Shown piece after piece: positions 19,257 through 29,644 of a stretch of 64,000 nucleotides of DNA (positions within the stretch are counted from its first letter, which is position 1; the number at the start of each line of letters is the position of its first letter). The notes below the pieces were generated by a model, which saw only the letters and a program-made list of their open reading frames with translations, searched no databases and was not told the DNA's origin. A program made the position numbers and the translations under genes. Source of the DNA: Acidobacteriota bacterium (lineage in GTDB: Bacteria > Acidobacteriota > UBA6911); contig OY761556.1 in NCBI GenBank assembly GCA_963664705.1, positions 1,472,001-1,536,000 of the forward strand, in the 5' to 3' direction.

Positions 19257-20012
19257 ATGCAATCGACGCTGCTGTTTGGAATTGTGATTGTTCTATTGTA
19301 TCTCTGGAGTACCGTCAACGTATTGCGGGAATATGAACGCGGAGTGGTATTCCGGCTGGGTCGCCTGATGCCCAATGCGACCGGACCCGGGATCGTATTT
19401 ATTCTCTGGCCCGTTTATAAAATGGTGCGCGTCAGTCTTCGGACGATTACGCTCGAAGTTCCTCCGCAAGACATTATCACGCGGGACAACGTTTCGGTGA
19501 AGGTGAATGCCATCGTATATTTCCGCGTCATGAATGCGCCCCGGGCGATCGTGGAGGTGGAGAATTATCTGTACGCCACCTCCCAGCTTGCGCAGACAAC
19601 GCTCCGCTCCGTGCTTGGGGAGGTTGAAATGGACGACCTGCTGAGCCGGCGCGAGAAACTGAACGTAAAGCTTCAGGAGATACTCGATCAGCATACGGAT
19701 GCATGGGGGATCAAAGTGAGCCTGGTTGAAGTGAAGCAGGTGGATCTGCCCCAGGAGATGCAGCGGGCGATGGCCAAGCAGGCCGAAGCGGAGCGGGAAA
19801 AGCGGGCCAAGATCATTCACGCCGAGGGAGAATTCCAGGCATCCTCCAAGCTTGCCGAAGCGGCAGGCGTAATTAATAAAGAACCTGTTGCACTTCAGTT
19901 GCGATATCTGCAGACTTTGACCGAAATCGGTGTGGAGAAAAATACGACGGTTGTTTTTCCCGTTCCGATCGATATCATCAAGGCTTGGGTGGACACTACA
20001 AAGCGGGAATAG
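19257..20012 (+). CDS. Slipin/stomatin (SPFH) family protein
   Basis: [35 protein letters not shown] and LQLRYLQTL; canonical partner of nfeD. Confidence 0.95.
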   Translation: MQSTLLFGIVIVLLYLWSTVNVLREYERGVVFRLGRLMPNATGPGIVFILWPVYKMVRVSLRTITLEVPPQDIITRDNVSVKVNAIVYFRVMNAPRAIVEVENYLYATSQLAQTTLRSVLGEVEMDDLLSRREKLNVKLQEILDQHTDAWGIKVSLVEVKQVDLPQEMQRAMAKQAEAEREKRAKIIHAEGEFQASSKLAEAAGVINKEPVALQLRYLQTLTEIGVEKNTTVVFPVPIDIIKAWVDTTKRE

Positions 20013-20018
20013 GGGAAA

Positions 20019-20666
20019 ATGGCGAATAACGAAGTGGAGTCGGGGCTCGAACTTGTGCTGGATAACCGGAAGCTCATTATTGCCTTTGCGCTGTTGATCG
20101 CGATTTGCGGCTGCTTCTTCGTGGTGGGATTTATTGAAGGGAAGAGGCAGGGATACCAGGAGGGGAGCCAGATTGCATCGGAACCGGCTCCACGGCAGGT
20201 TCCGGAGGCTGTTCAGCCACCGGCTGAAAAGCCGGCAAAGGAAGAAGCCCAGCCGACGCAGCCCGCTGCCGCCAGTCAGCCGCTGGACTGGTATCAAAAC
20301 GTCAACAGTAAAGAGGCGCGGCCTGCCGCAGCGGTTGCCACGACGCCGGCCGCTGCTCCGGTTGTAACCGTCAAGAAGCCCGCTTCAGAGGAGCCGGCTG
20401 TTCACACCGAGAAGCATAAGGCAGCGGCGAGCTCGGAGCCGGGTTCGTATGCAGTCCAGGTTGGGGCGTTTCGGGATAAGCATCAGATGGAACTCCGGGC
20501 AAAGGTTTTGAAAGAGAAGGGATTCGAATGCAGGATGGAATCTCCGTCCGAACCGGGCCAGCTGTTTCTCTTGAAAGTGGGCAAGTTTAAAACCAGGGCG
20601 GAAGCTTCTGCCCTGCAGCTTCGACTCAAAAGAGAAGGTATTTCCTCCTTCATCAAAACAAACTAG
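20019..20666 (+). CDS. SPOR domain cell division protein
   Basis: N-terminal TM, Pro/Ala linker, YAVQVGAF SPOR domain. Confidence 0.88.
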   Translation: MANNEVESGLELVLDNRKLIIAFALLIAICGCFFVVGFIEGKRQGYQEGSQIASEPAPRQVPEAVQPPAEKPAKEEAQPTQPAAASQPLDWYQNVNSKEARPAAAVATTPAAAPVVTVKKPASEEPAVHTEKHKAAASSEPGSYAVQVGAFRDKHQMELRAKVLKEKGFECRMESPSEPGQLFLLKVGKFKTRAEASALQLRLKREGISSFIKTN

Positions 20667-20678
20667 AACGCCGCAGAT

Positions 20679-22244
20679 TTGCGCAAGACAATCGAGCCAT
20701 TTGCGGCATCTCCCAAGAGCATGCTTTTTTTATTGCCGGTCATCTCCGGACTTCTGCTTTTTGTCTCATTCCCTCGCATTGATCAGGGCTACCTGGCGTG
20801 GGTTGCGTTCATTCCCATTGCGATCTTCATCGATCGGAGTGCCAGCGTGCGAAGAGCCTTTGCCGGCGGCTTTGCGCTGGGCTTTGTTCTGGCATTCGCT
20901 TCTTTGAATTGGATGCCAACGGTGCTGGCCCATTATGGCGGGCTGCCATCCCCCCTGGCCTGGATTGCTTATGCGCTGTTGATCGCGGTACTGGCCTGCT
21001 ATCCGGCCGCGGCCTGCGGTCTGACGCGAAGCCTGATCCGTTGGGGCGGGGAATCCTATCTGTTGGTATTTCCGGCGCTCTGGGTCCTTTCCGAATATGC
21101 GCAGAGCTTTTCCCCTTTTGGAGGACTCCCCTGGCTTGTCGCCGCGTACTCTCAATCCCGATTCCTCCCTGTGATTCAGATCTCCGATATAACCGGCGTA
21201 TACGGAATCTCCTTTGTTCTGGCCTGGACCGGAGCCTCGGCTGCCTGGCTGACCAAGAAAAGGGGGCATGGTCGCAGCGCCTGGCTGCCTGCGGGCATTT
21301 CCATCGCGATGGTGGTCGGGATGCTGGTTTATGGCGGGGCGTCCATGCGCCGATGGGAGAGCCCGGAGCCGCGGTACCGCGTGGCCATGTTGCAGAAAAA
21401 TATATCCTACGATGACCCGCACAGCGTGCTGGTGGAAAAATTTGGGGAAGGCTATGCCAGGATGGCCGACAGCCTGAAGACGACCGGCACGGATTTGCTG
21501 CTTCTTCCGGAATCTCCCTCCCCGGTGTTTTTTGAAACGGATGCGGCTTACCGGCAAGGCCTTGCCACGCTGGCCGGGAGCTTTCGCTTCGGGATTGTGT
21601 TCAACAATGTTCGCATTCAGGATTCCGGCGAGATATCCCGGTACTTCAACAGCGCCTATTTCATGGATCGCAGCGGCAAAGTGGATGGCGTTTACGATAA
21701 AATTCACCTCGTTCCCTTTGGCGAATATATTCCATGGAAGCGCCTGCTTTCATTTATCGAGGTTATTTCAAAGGATGTCGGGTCTTTTGAGCCGGGCAGT
21801 TCCTACCTGGTGGCCAGGATCGATGGCCATCCAGTGAACGCGGTGGTCTGTTTCGAGGCTGTGTTTCCAGATATGGTGCGCAGGTTTGTCCGGCAGGGAA
21901 GCGAGTTGATCATTAATCTGACGAATGACGGCTGGTACGGCGATTCGGCTGCTCCTTTCCAGCACCTGGCAATCGCGCGGTTCCGTGCGGTCGAAAACCG
22001 GAGATTCCTTCTTCGGTCGACCAATTCCGGGATTTCCGCCCTGGTGAATCCGGACGGACACATACAGGCATCGACCGGGATTCTGCGCGAGGCGATCTGC
22101 CGGGGCCGCTTTGACTTCATGACAACGGAAACGTTCTATACCCGTTATGGCGACGTTTTCGTTTTCCTATGTGCTATCATTTCGGTTGGATTGGCGCTTT
22201 TTTCGGTTTTGCGAGGCGCTGGAGTGCATAAACGTTCAGTTTAG
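20679..22244 (+). CDS. lnt: Apolipoprotein N-acyltransferase
   Basis: GLPW, PES, YFNSA, YDKIHLVPFGEY, CFE, TNDGWY and RAVEN motifs. Confidence 0.95.
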   Translation: MRKTIEPFAASPKSMLFLLPVISGLLLFVSFPRIDQGYLAWVAFIPIAIFIDRSASVRRAFAGGFALGFVLAFASLNWMPTVLAHYGGLPSPLAWIAYALLIAVLACYPAAACGLTRSLIRWGGESYLLVFPALWVLSEYAQSFSPFGGLPWLVAAYSQSRFLPVIQISDITGVYGISFVLAWTGASAAWLTKKRGHGRSAWLPAGISIAMVVGMLVYGGASMRRWESPEPRYRVAMLQKNISYDDPHSVLVEKFGEGYARMADSLKTTGTDLLLLPESPSPVFFETDAAYRQGLATLAGSFRFGIVFNNVRIQDSGEISRYFNSAYFMDRSGKVDGVYDKIHLVPFGEYIPWKRLLSFIEVISKDVGSFEPGSSYLVARIDGHPVNAVVCFEAVFPDMVRRFVRQGSELIINLTNDGWYGDSAAPFQHLAIARFRAVENRRFLLRSTNSGISALVNPDGHIQASTGILREAICRGRFDFMTTETFYTRYGDVFVFLCAIISVGLALFSVLRGAGVHKRSV

Positions 22245-22252
22245 GAGGAATA

Positions 22253-23354
22253 ATGCCCGAGGAACTTCAGGAGAGAGTTACCGCCATCGAGGAAAAGATA
22301 CAGCAGATTCGAGGGTATCTTTGATGCGGGTAAAAAGCGTACAGAGGTTCTCGAGCTTGAACGAAAGGTAGCCAAGCCGGAGTTCTGGAATAACCAGGAA
22401 CAGGCACAATCCATACTGCAGACAAGGAGCCGACTGGAAGAGGACATCGAGCTGGATTCCAAAATGGCCCGTCAGATCGATGATCTCAAAGCACTGGCGG
22501 AACTAGCGCGGGAAGGGGAGGACGTTGGCGCTGAATTGGCCGGCGAAGTCCAACGGCTCGAGCAGGAAGCTCAACACACAGAAATCCGGATGCTTCTTTC
22601 CGGAGAGCATGACCATTCCAATGCCATCGTGACGATTCATCCCGGAGCCGGCGGCGTCGACTCGCAGGATTGGGCGGAAATGCTGCTTCGGATGTACCTG
22701 CGCTGGAGTGAGCGATCCGGATATGCCACCAAGGTTCTGGATTATCAGCCTGGAGACGAAGCCGGCCTCAAATCGGCGACGGTCCTGGTTGAAGGCCACC
22801 TGGCTTATGGATACCTCTCCTCCGAAAGCGGCGTGCATCGGCTGGTTCGCATTTCGCCTTTTGGCGCGATGGGCAAACGGCAGACAAGTTTTGCCTCTGT
22901 GTTTGTCTATCCGCAGCTGGATGACAAGATTGAGATTCAGATCGATGAGAAGGACCTGCGGATCGATACCTACCGTTCTTCCGGGGCGGGCGGACAGCAC
23001 GTCAACGTCACCGATTCTGCCGTAAGAATTACCCACCTTCCGACCGGCATTGTCGTGTCGTGTCAGAACGAGCGGTCCCAGATACGCAACAGGGAAATGG
23101 CGCGGCAGGTATTGCGCGCGCGTCTTTACGAATTGGAGCTCAGCAAGAAACGCCAGGAGTTGCAGGCTGTCGAAGATTCGAAGATGGACATCAACTTTGG
23201 AAGCCAGATTCGATCCTACGTGCTGCACCCGTACCGGATGGTGAAGGATCATCGAACCAAATACGAAACGTCGAATGCGGATCGGGTTTTGGACGGTGAT
23301 ATTGAGGATTTCATTTACGAATACATGGTGCACCGCGGTGTGCGCAGGTCGTAA
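22253..23354 (+). CDS. prfB: Peptide chain release factor 2 (programmed +1 frameshift)
   Basis: AGGAGG RBS and ATG 22253; GAGGG-TAT-CTT-TGA slippery site at 22311-22324; +1 frame continues into ORF 22464-23354 with SPF and GGQ motifs. Confidence 0.96.
22311..22325 (+). promoter_or_regulatory. prfB autoregulatory +1 frameshift site
   Basis: Internal SD-like GAGGG, 3-nt spacer, CTT TGA T. Confidence 0.93.
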
Positions 23355-23465
23355 GTTGTTATCGAGGATTCCGGATTTTGGTTTTCAGAGTAAGTCTGAA
23401 ATCCGAAATCTTCTGAGCCATTCCCGGCTTTCAGCGCGTCTAATCAGGTTTTAGGGGGGGATAGA

Positions 23466-24227
23466 GTGGCATTGGATACCAATGAATCCCAGGCAATGCC
23501 GATACGGCATCCCGATCCGCGTTTTTATTCAACCCGCAATCGAGTATCCACGATACTTCTCCTTTTTGTGGTTGTATTCGGGCTGCCCCTGATTGGCATT
23601 CCCTCGCTGCGGCAGCGCCTGTCGACGCGCGTGATGTCACTGAAGACCGCGTTTTCCGGTGAGATTGTGCCGGCCACGCTGGTCGCGGGTTCAAATCACG
23701 AGCCGTTTCCTGCGGAGTTCGAGCGGCCCACTCCTCCTCCACCGCAGCATGCTCCGGTGGTCGCCAATCTGGATCGTGTGTTTACCTTGGACGGACGCCC
23801 GGCAAGCCCGTCGCCGTCGCCGGCTCCAATGGCGGTTTCCCCTCGATCGGCGAAAAGCGCGAAAACGGCTGCTGCCGCCGAGCCAGCCCCGGCAAGCGCT
23901 GCGGCCGCGCCGGTGGAAACGCAGGCTGCGGCACAGCCTGCCGCGGGTGGAGAGGATGAGCTGAAATACCAGAGAGGAAAGGCGGAGCAGGAAGCGTATG
24001 ACCTGTTGCTGAAGTTAAACCCGGCCGTCAATAATCTGATCCAGGGGAAAGACCCGTCACTGAAATTCAAGTCATGGGATGCGGTGAATCGAGGAGATGA
24101 AGTTTATTGGGTTCGGCTCAGATTTCAGGCGGAGGGGACTCCTGATGCCGAATACATCTGGCAGGTTAAGGTTCAGTCCAGCCAGGCAACTCCTTTGAAC
24201 TACAACGCCAGAAACCTCGGCCAATAA
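23466..24227 (+). CDS. Hypothetical membrane-anchored protein
   Basis: G-rich RBS and GTG start; one TM, Pro/Ala linker, globular C-terminus. Confidence 0.75.
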   Translation: MALDTNESQAMPIRHPDPRFYSTRNRVSTILLLFVVVFGLPLIGIPSLRQRLSTRVMSLKTAFSGEIVPATLVAGSNHEPFPAEFERPTPPPPQHAPVVANLDRVFTLDGRPASPSPSPAPMAVSPRSAKSAKTAAAAEPAPASAAAAPVETQAAAQPAAGGEDELKYQRGKAEQEAYDLLLKLNPAVNNLIQGKDPSLKFKSWDAVNRGDEVYWVRLRFQAEGTPDAEYIWQVKVQSSQATPLNYNARNLGQ

Positions 24228-24275
24228 TATACTGACAACTGACGACTAACGACTGCTTTTGATATACTCAGGCCG

Positions 24276-26759
24276 ATGCGCGTGCCATCCATAAAACTGA
24301 CGCGCCGGGTTCTGCTCGGCATAATCCTCCTCACCATCGCTGCGGTTCTGCTCAATTATCTCCAGGCGTGGCGCCATCGTTCCCAGCAATCCGCCAAGCC
24401 TCCCGCCATCCTCGATGCGCAGATGCGTCGATCCGCGAATGAGGTTGAGTATATCGAATACCGGGGTACTCCAAGGGTTCCGAAATTCCGCATTCATGCC
24501 AGGCTGGCGCAGGAGAAGCAGACCGGCACGAACCTGCTGGAGGGAATCGATGCCTGCGACTTTAACGCGGACGGCAGCGTCCGTCACGAGATCCACAGTC
24601 TGAAGGCGGAATATGATCCGGTCCGAAAATTTGCGGATTTCGCGGGCAACGTCCGTGTGTTCATCAACAAGAAAATCGAATTGCAGACCGACTCGCTTCA
24701 CTACGACCTCGATAAAGAGGTCGGGACCACTCCGGATCTCATGCGGGTTTTATCCGAGGAAATACGCGGAACGGCGCGCGGAGTGCGATTTGAGCAGAAG
24801 CAGCAGTCCCTGGAATTGCAGAGCCAGGTCGATCTGACGTTCAACCAGGCGGGAGGGACGAAACCTGGTGCCAGGAAGAATGGAGCGATGCATGCTACCG
24901 CGCAGCGGGCATTCTGTTCCGACACCACGGGACGAATTCTGTTCGAGGGAAGCGCGCGCCTGGTTTCCGATACGCAGGTTTTATCCGGGGAGCGCGTCGA
25001 GGCAATCCTGGATGCGGATCATAAGCGGATCCGTTCCTTGACGGCCGAAGGAAATGCGCTGTACAGCTCCAGCGCGCCCGGGGAGTCGCGCTCCATTGGC
25101 GGCGATCGGCTGGTTTTCGAAATCCGCGACGGCGCGCTGCAGAGCATCTTTGTTTCAGGGCAGGCGACCTTTTCCGCCTCTTCTCCCGTCGAGACCCAGA
25201 ACCTGCGCGGGGGAGAGATCGATGTTCGATTCGATGCGGCGGAACTCCCTGCGGCAATCAAAGCGCGTACCGGTGTCACTTTCCAGAGCTACAGAGGTGC
25301 CGATCAGATTTCGATGTCGGGTGATCAGCTCGATGCAATCTTTGTTGCGGGCAGCAGAATTCTTAAAACGATACAGATTTTGAAGCCGTCCGGAACAACG
25401 GGAAGCCAGGCCATCCTAAAAATGTCTGCCGACAAAGCCGAAGGAAGCGAATTGCAGGCCGATGATATTCGCATCAGCCTGCGCGAAATCAACGGCAGAT
25501 CCGTCTTGGAGAAGCTGCGCGCCGAGGGGAAGGCGCGCTATATTTCGAGACCGCTGCCGAAGAATGCGGCTTCCGAACCGGTCCGGACGTTGAGCGGGTC
25601 TCTGCTTGAAATGACTCAGTCCAAAACGGGCGATTATATCGAATCCGGGAGTGCTTCCGGCGCGGTCGAATTTTCTGAAGGATCGAGCGAGCCTGCCAAC
25701 CGACCGCAGCTCAAGAGGTTGAATGCGGATAGAGCCGGCTTTCAGTTTTATGCCAGCAACAATGCAGTGAAGCATTTGGATGCAGAGGGCAACGTGCGTC
25801 TCGTGTATGAGAAAAGCGGAAAGTCATCGGGCGCGGCGGTGGAGAGATTCAAGACCTACAGCAACAGGATGAATGCCGAGTTTTTGCTGAAAGAGGGCAA
25901 AAGTGTGGTTGAGTCCGTTCAACAGTGGGGCGATTTCCGGTACGAGGATGCCGACAGAAATGCTTCGGCTGGAAAATGCGATTACGATGCCGGCCGGCAG
26001 CTGCTTGTTTTGACCGAGTCTCCCAGAATAGCGGATGGCGAAACCACCACCACGGGAACCCGCATTGAATATGACCAAAGCGGCAAGCAGCTTTGGGTCC
26101 GCGGCAATGTGTGGTCCAGTTTTCGATCCCGGAAAGGAAGCGGTTCTCTTTTTGGCACGGAATCATCGTCGTCTTCGGGGATTGTGAAGGCGAATGAAAT
26201 GCTCTACGGGGTTGAGAGCGGCCGCACGCGGTATTCCGGCAATGTCCGCCTGCTTGCGGACAATCAGAATCTGCAGACCGATACTCTTGAGCTTACGAAG
26301 GGGTTGGAGCAGGTCGTTGCCGAGGGAAAGGTTCGACATCTCATTTCCAGGAAAGAGAATGGAGGTTCGCCGGCTGGAAAAAAATCGAAGCAGGACCCAG
26401 ACGACGTTCTGACGTTGATTCAAAGCTCATCCATGAACTATGCAAAAGATAAAAACAAAATCAGCTATTCCGGGAAAGTAACGCTGCATTCGAAAGATGC
26501 GGACATTTCCTCCGACGATATGGAAGCCATTCCCGATGCGGAGGGAAAGAAGATACATCAGGCGACAGCGCGCGGGAATGTGGTGGTGCATTATGGCTCC
26601 CGGTCCTGCAAAGGGGATCTTGCGGATTACGACATGGATTCAAAAAAACTCGTCGTAACCGGGAAGCCGGCTGAGTTTTATGACCCGGATAAAGGCCGAT
26701 CGTTCGCCCGCAGATTGACTTCCACCACAGCCGATGATACGATTCTGCTCGAAAAATAA
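24276..26759 (+). CDS. lptC: LptC/LptA-like multi-beta-jellyroll LPS export protein
   Basis: N-terminal TM, repeated OstA/LptA-like strands (A.G.V, GNV, TG.P), directly upstream of lptB. Confidence 0.8.
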   Translation: MRVPSIKLTRRVLLGIILLTIAAVLLNYLQAWRHRSQQSAKPPAILDAQMRRSANEVEYIEYRGTPRVPKFRIHARLAQEKQTGTNLLEGIDACDFNADGSVRHEIHSLKAEYDPVRKFADFAGNVRVFINKKIELQTDSLHYDLDKEVGTTPDLMRVLSEEIRGTARGVRFEQKQQSLELQSQVDLTFNQAGGTKPGARKNGAMHATAQRAFCSDTTGRILFEGSARLVSDTQVLSGERVEAILDADHKRIRSLTAEGNALYSSSAPGESRSIGGDRLVFEIRDGALQSIFVSGQATFSASSPVETQNLRGGEIDVRFDAAELPAAIKARTGVTFQSYRGADQISMSGDQLDAIFVAGSRILKTIQILKPSGTTGSQAILKMSADKAEGSELQADDIRISLREINGRSVLEKLRAEGKARYISRPLPKNAASEPVRTLSGSLLEMTQSKTGDYIESGSASGAVEFSEGSSEPANRPQLKRLNADRAGFQFYASNNAVKHLDAEGNVRLVYEKSGKSSGAAVERFKTYSNRMNAEFLLKEGKSVVESVQQWGDFRYEDADRNASAGKCDYDAGRQLLVLTESPRIADGETTTTGTRIEYDQSGKQLWVRGNVWSSFRSRKGSGSLFGTESSSSSGIVKANEMLYGVESGRTRYSGNVRLLADNQNLQTDTLELTKGLEQVVAEGKVRHLISRKENGGSPAGKKSKQDPDDVLTLIQSSSMNYAKDKNKISYSGKVTLHSKDADISSDDMEAIPDAEGKKIHQATARGNVVVHYGSRSCKGDLADYDMDSKKLVVTGKPAEFYDPDKGRSFARRLTSTTADDTILLEK
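26715..26743 (+). promoter_or_regulatory. Putative sigma70 promoter for lptB-rpoN inside the lptC/A 3' end
   Basis: TTGACT-17 bp-TACGAT with TGn extended -10. Confidence 0.5.
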
Positions 26760-26797
26760 AACGTGATATAAGTTTTTGATTTTCAATTATTTAACAT

Positions 26798-27529
26798 ATG
26801 GATAACGGGGAACTGCAGGCCTCGTCGTTAAGCAAATCCTATCGCGGAAGAAAGGTTGTTAACGACGTCAGCCTGGAGCTGCGGCGCGGGGAGGTTGTTG
26901 GGCTGCTGGGGCCGAATGGAGCGGGAAAGACCACAACTTTTTACATGATTGTGGGCCTGATCTCGCCGGATGGCGGCCAGGTGCAGCTCGGTGGGGAGGA
27001 TATTACCCGAACGCCGATGTATCGGCGGGCCCGGGCCGGAATCAGCTATCTGCCTCAGGAGCCTTCGGTATTTCGCAAGCTTACGGTTCTTGAAAATCTT
27101 CTGAGCATTGCGGAAACGCTCAATCTTCCCTCGGAGAAGCGTTACCAGCTGGTTGCGGAACTGCTGAAGGAGTTCGGCATTGAACCGCTGCAAAATCAAG
27201 GTGCATATACGCTTTCAGGTGGCGAGCGACGGCGTTTGGAGATTGCGCGAGCCCTGGTGCTGACCCCGAGGTTTATTTTGCTGGACGAGCCGTTTGCCGG
27301 AATTGACCCGCTGGCGGTTCTGGATATCCAAAGAATTATCCGCGGTTTGAAGCAACGGGGGATCGGCGTGCTGATTACCGATCATAACGTGCGGGAAACT
27401 TTGAATATAACGGACCGTGCTTATATAATAAGCGAGGGCAAAATTTTACGTGAAGGAACGCCGGAACAGCTGACAAATGACGATGAGGTAAAGAAGGTAT
27501 ATCTTGGCGAGAATTTCAGGCTGGGATAA
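26798..27529 (+). CDS. lptB: LPS export ABC transporter ATP-binding protein
   Basis: [54 protein letters not shown]. Confidence 0.97.
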   Translation: MDNGELQASSLSKSYRGRKVVNDVSLELRRGEVVGLLGPNGAGKTTTFYMIVGLISPDGGQVQLGGEDITRTPMYRRARAGISYLPQEPSVFRKLTVLENLLSIAETLNLPSEKRYQLVAELLKEFGIEPLQNQGAYTLSGGERRRLEIARALVLTPRFILLDEPFAGIDPLAVLDIQRIIRGLKQRGIGVLITDHNVRETLNITDRAYIISEGKILREGTPEQLTNDDEVKKVYLGENFRLG

Positions 27530-27560
27530 ACGGGAAAGCGCGGATTAGACAGATATAACG

Positions 27561-29015
27561 ATGAATCGCAGACAATATCTTCGGCAGACTCTGGATTTAA
27601 GGCTGAGCCAGCGGCTTGCCCTGACCCCATCCCTGCTTCAAAAAATTGAACTTCTACAGCTCAACAAGCTAGAGCTGCAGGAAATGCTCAATCAGGAATT
27701 GGTGGAAAATCCGATCCTGGAGGAAGTTCCCGAGCAGGAGACGCCCGCGGAAATAGCGCTCGATGCCGGTGTGGCCGAAGAGCCGCCAGTGCCGGAAACA
27801 CCGCTCGCGAACGGGGAAAAAGACTCCTTTGACGAGATCGATTTTAAATACTTCTTCGATGAATACCTGGATACCGGGTACCGGAACCGCGAAGTTGAGG
27901 ATTCCGAAAAGCCTTCCTTTGAAGCATTTCTCACCAGATCCCCCTCGCTGGAAGAGCATCTGAACTGGCAGTTAGGTCTTTCGGATGCCAGCCCCAGAAT
28001 CGCCGAGATTGCCAACCAGATCATCGGAAACCTTAACGAAGATGGATACCTGCTGATCGGCATGGAGGAATTATGCCAGGTTTGTGGCTGCACGCTCGAA
28101 GAGGCCGGAGAGGCCCTGGCGGTGGTGCAGGCCATGGATCCGATTGGTGTGGCGGCCCGCGATTTGCGCGAATGTCTTTGCCTCCAGTTGGACAGCATTG
28201 ATCTGAAAGGCAGTCTCGCCTACCAGATCGTTCAGGAACATCTGCCCCTGTTGGAGAGCCACAAATTCAAGGAGATTGCAGGGCGCACCGGAGCTACTTT
28301 TGAAGACGTTCTGCAGGCCGTGGACTGCATCAAGCATCTGATTCCGAAACCGGGACAGAAATATAACAACCAGAACGCAACCTATGTGCAGCCTGAAGTC
28401 ACGATCTCGAAGGTGGACGACGAGTACGTGATTCTCCTCAACGACGAAGGGATGCCGCAATTGCGGCTGAATGCCAGCTACAAGGAATTGCTGAAAAGCA
28501 ATGGAGTCAGCGGCGAAACCAAGACCTTTCTGCGGGAGAAGTTCCGTTCAGCGGTTGATCTCCTGAGAAGCGTGAACCAGCGAAAACAGACAATCTACAA
28601 AGTCTGCGTCTGCATCGTAAACAGACAGAGGGATTTCCTCGAAAATGGTCCCTCTCATCTGCATCCAATGCTGATCAAGGATGTGGCCAGTGAACTCGGG
28701 GTCCACAGTTCCACAATCAGCAGAGTTGTCACTAACAAATACGTCGATACTCCGCAAGGGGTCATGGAGCTGAGAAAATTCTTCACCATGGGCGTTGAAA
28801 ACCCGGATGGCGGGGAACTCTCCATTGTTCAGGTCAAACTCAAGATCAAGAAACTGATTGAGGAAGAGAACAGGAGCAAGCCTTACTCGGACAACCAACT
28901 CGGGCAGTTACTGCGCCGTGACAACATTTTCATCACTCGGCGCACGGTGGCCAAATATCGCGAACAGATGCAGATTCCCGGGTCGCGCGAGCGAAAGATA
29001 GGATATCTCTTCTGA
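27561..29015 (+). CDS. rpoN: RNA polymerase sigma-54 factor
   Basis: Gln/Leu-rich region I, HSSTISR helix-turn-helix, RpoN box RRTVAKYRE. Confidence 0.97.
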   Translation: MNRRQYLRQTLDLRLSQRLALTPSLLQKIELLQLNKLELQEMLNQELVENPILEEVPEQETPAEIALDAGVAEEPPVPETPLANGEKDSFDEIDFKYFFDEYLDTGYRNREVEDSEKPSFEAFLTRSPSLEEHLNWQLGLSDASPRIAEIANQIIGNLNEDGYLLIGMEELCQVCGCTLEEAGEALAVVQAMDPIGVAARDLRECLCLQLDSIDLKGSLAYQIVQEHLPLLESHKFKEIAGRTGATFEDVLQAVDCIKHLIPKPGQKYNNQNATYVQPEVTISKVDDEYVILLNDEGMPQLRLNASYKELLKSNGVSGETKTFLREKFRSAVDLLRSVNQRKQTIYKVCVCIVNRQRDFLENGPSHLHPMLIKDVASELGVHSSTISRVVTNKYVDTPQGVMELRKFFTMGVENPDGGELSIVQVKLKIKKLIEEENRSKPYSDNQLGQLLRRDNIFITRRTVAKYREQMQIPGSRERKIGYLF

Positions 29016-29092
29016 TCCGCGGGACTGGCGTCCGCGCACCGCGTCGAATTGCGAGAGCAGTTTGAATAATCTACCTGGAAGGGAAACTCACC

Positions 29093-29632
29093 ATGAATGT
29101 GGAAATAACCGGCAGACATGTTCTGATTACGCCTGCAATCCGCACCTATGTACTGAAAAAACTCCGTAAATTCGTCAAGATCCTGGGAGACGACATCAGT
29201 TTCCATGTGATTATTGACGTCGCAAAGGAGCGTCAAACCGCGGAAATTCTATTGAAGCACAAGCTTCTGGATCTGACGGGCAAAGGTGAGTCTGATGATA
29301 TGTACAACTCGATCGTGCGTGCGATCGAGAAACTCGAGCGTCAAGCTCTCAAACACAAGAGCAAGATCATCGAGGGAAAACGACAGAGGGCAAAAGCGAA
29401 ATCGGTGGCTACAAAGCTCGGCACTGGCGAGCGCACGGCCAGGACGCTTGCCCGCAAGACCGACGGGATTCGAGTAGAAGAAGCCCAAAGAAAGCCGATG
29501 GAGGTTGAAGAAGCCGTCGTCGAACTCAACCATTCGGAATACCCGTTCGTGGTATTCCGAAATGCGGATTCCGGTGCGGTGAACGTTGTCTACCGCCGGA
29601 AAGATGGAACGGTCGGGCTTATCCGCGCCTGA
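29093..29632 (+). CDS. hpf: Ribosome hibernation promoting factor (long HPF)
   Basis: ITGRH, DMY, KPM..EEA and NVVYRRKDG motifs; follows rpoN. Confidence 0.93.
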   Translation: MNVEITGRHVLITPAIRTYVLKKLRKFVKILGDDISFHVIIDVAKERQTAEILLKHKLLDLTGKGESDDMYNSIVRAIEKLERQALKHKSKIIEGKRQRAKAKSVATKLGTGERTARTLARKTDGIRVEEAQRKPMEVEEAVVELNHSEYPFVVFRNADSGAVNVVYRRKDGTVGLIRA

Positions 29633-29644
29633 TCCTGACGCCGA

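Noticed and set aside
22253-23354. prfB as pseudogene or sequencing error
   Set aside because: The break is the canonical CTT-TGA programmed frameshift
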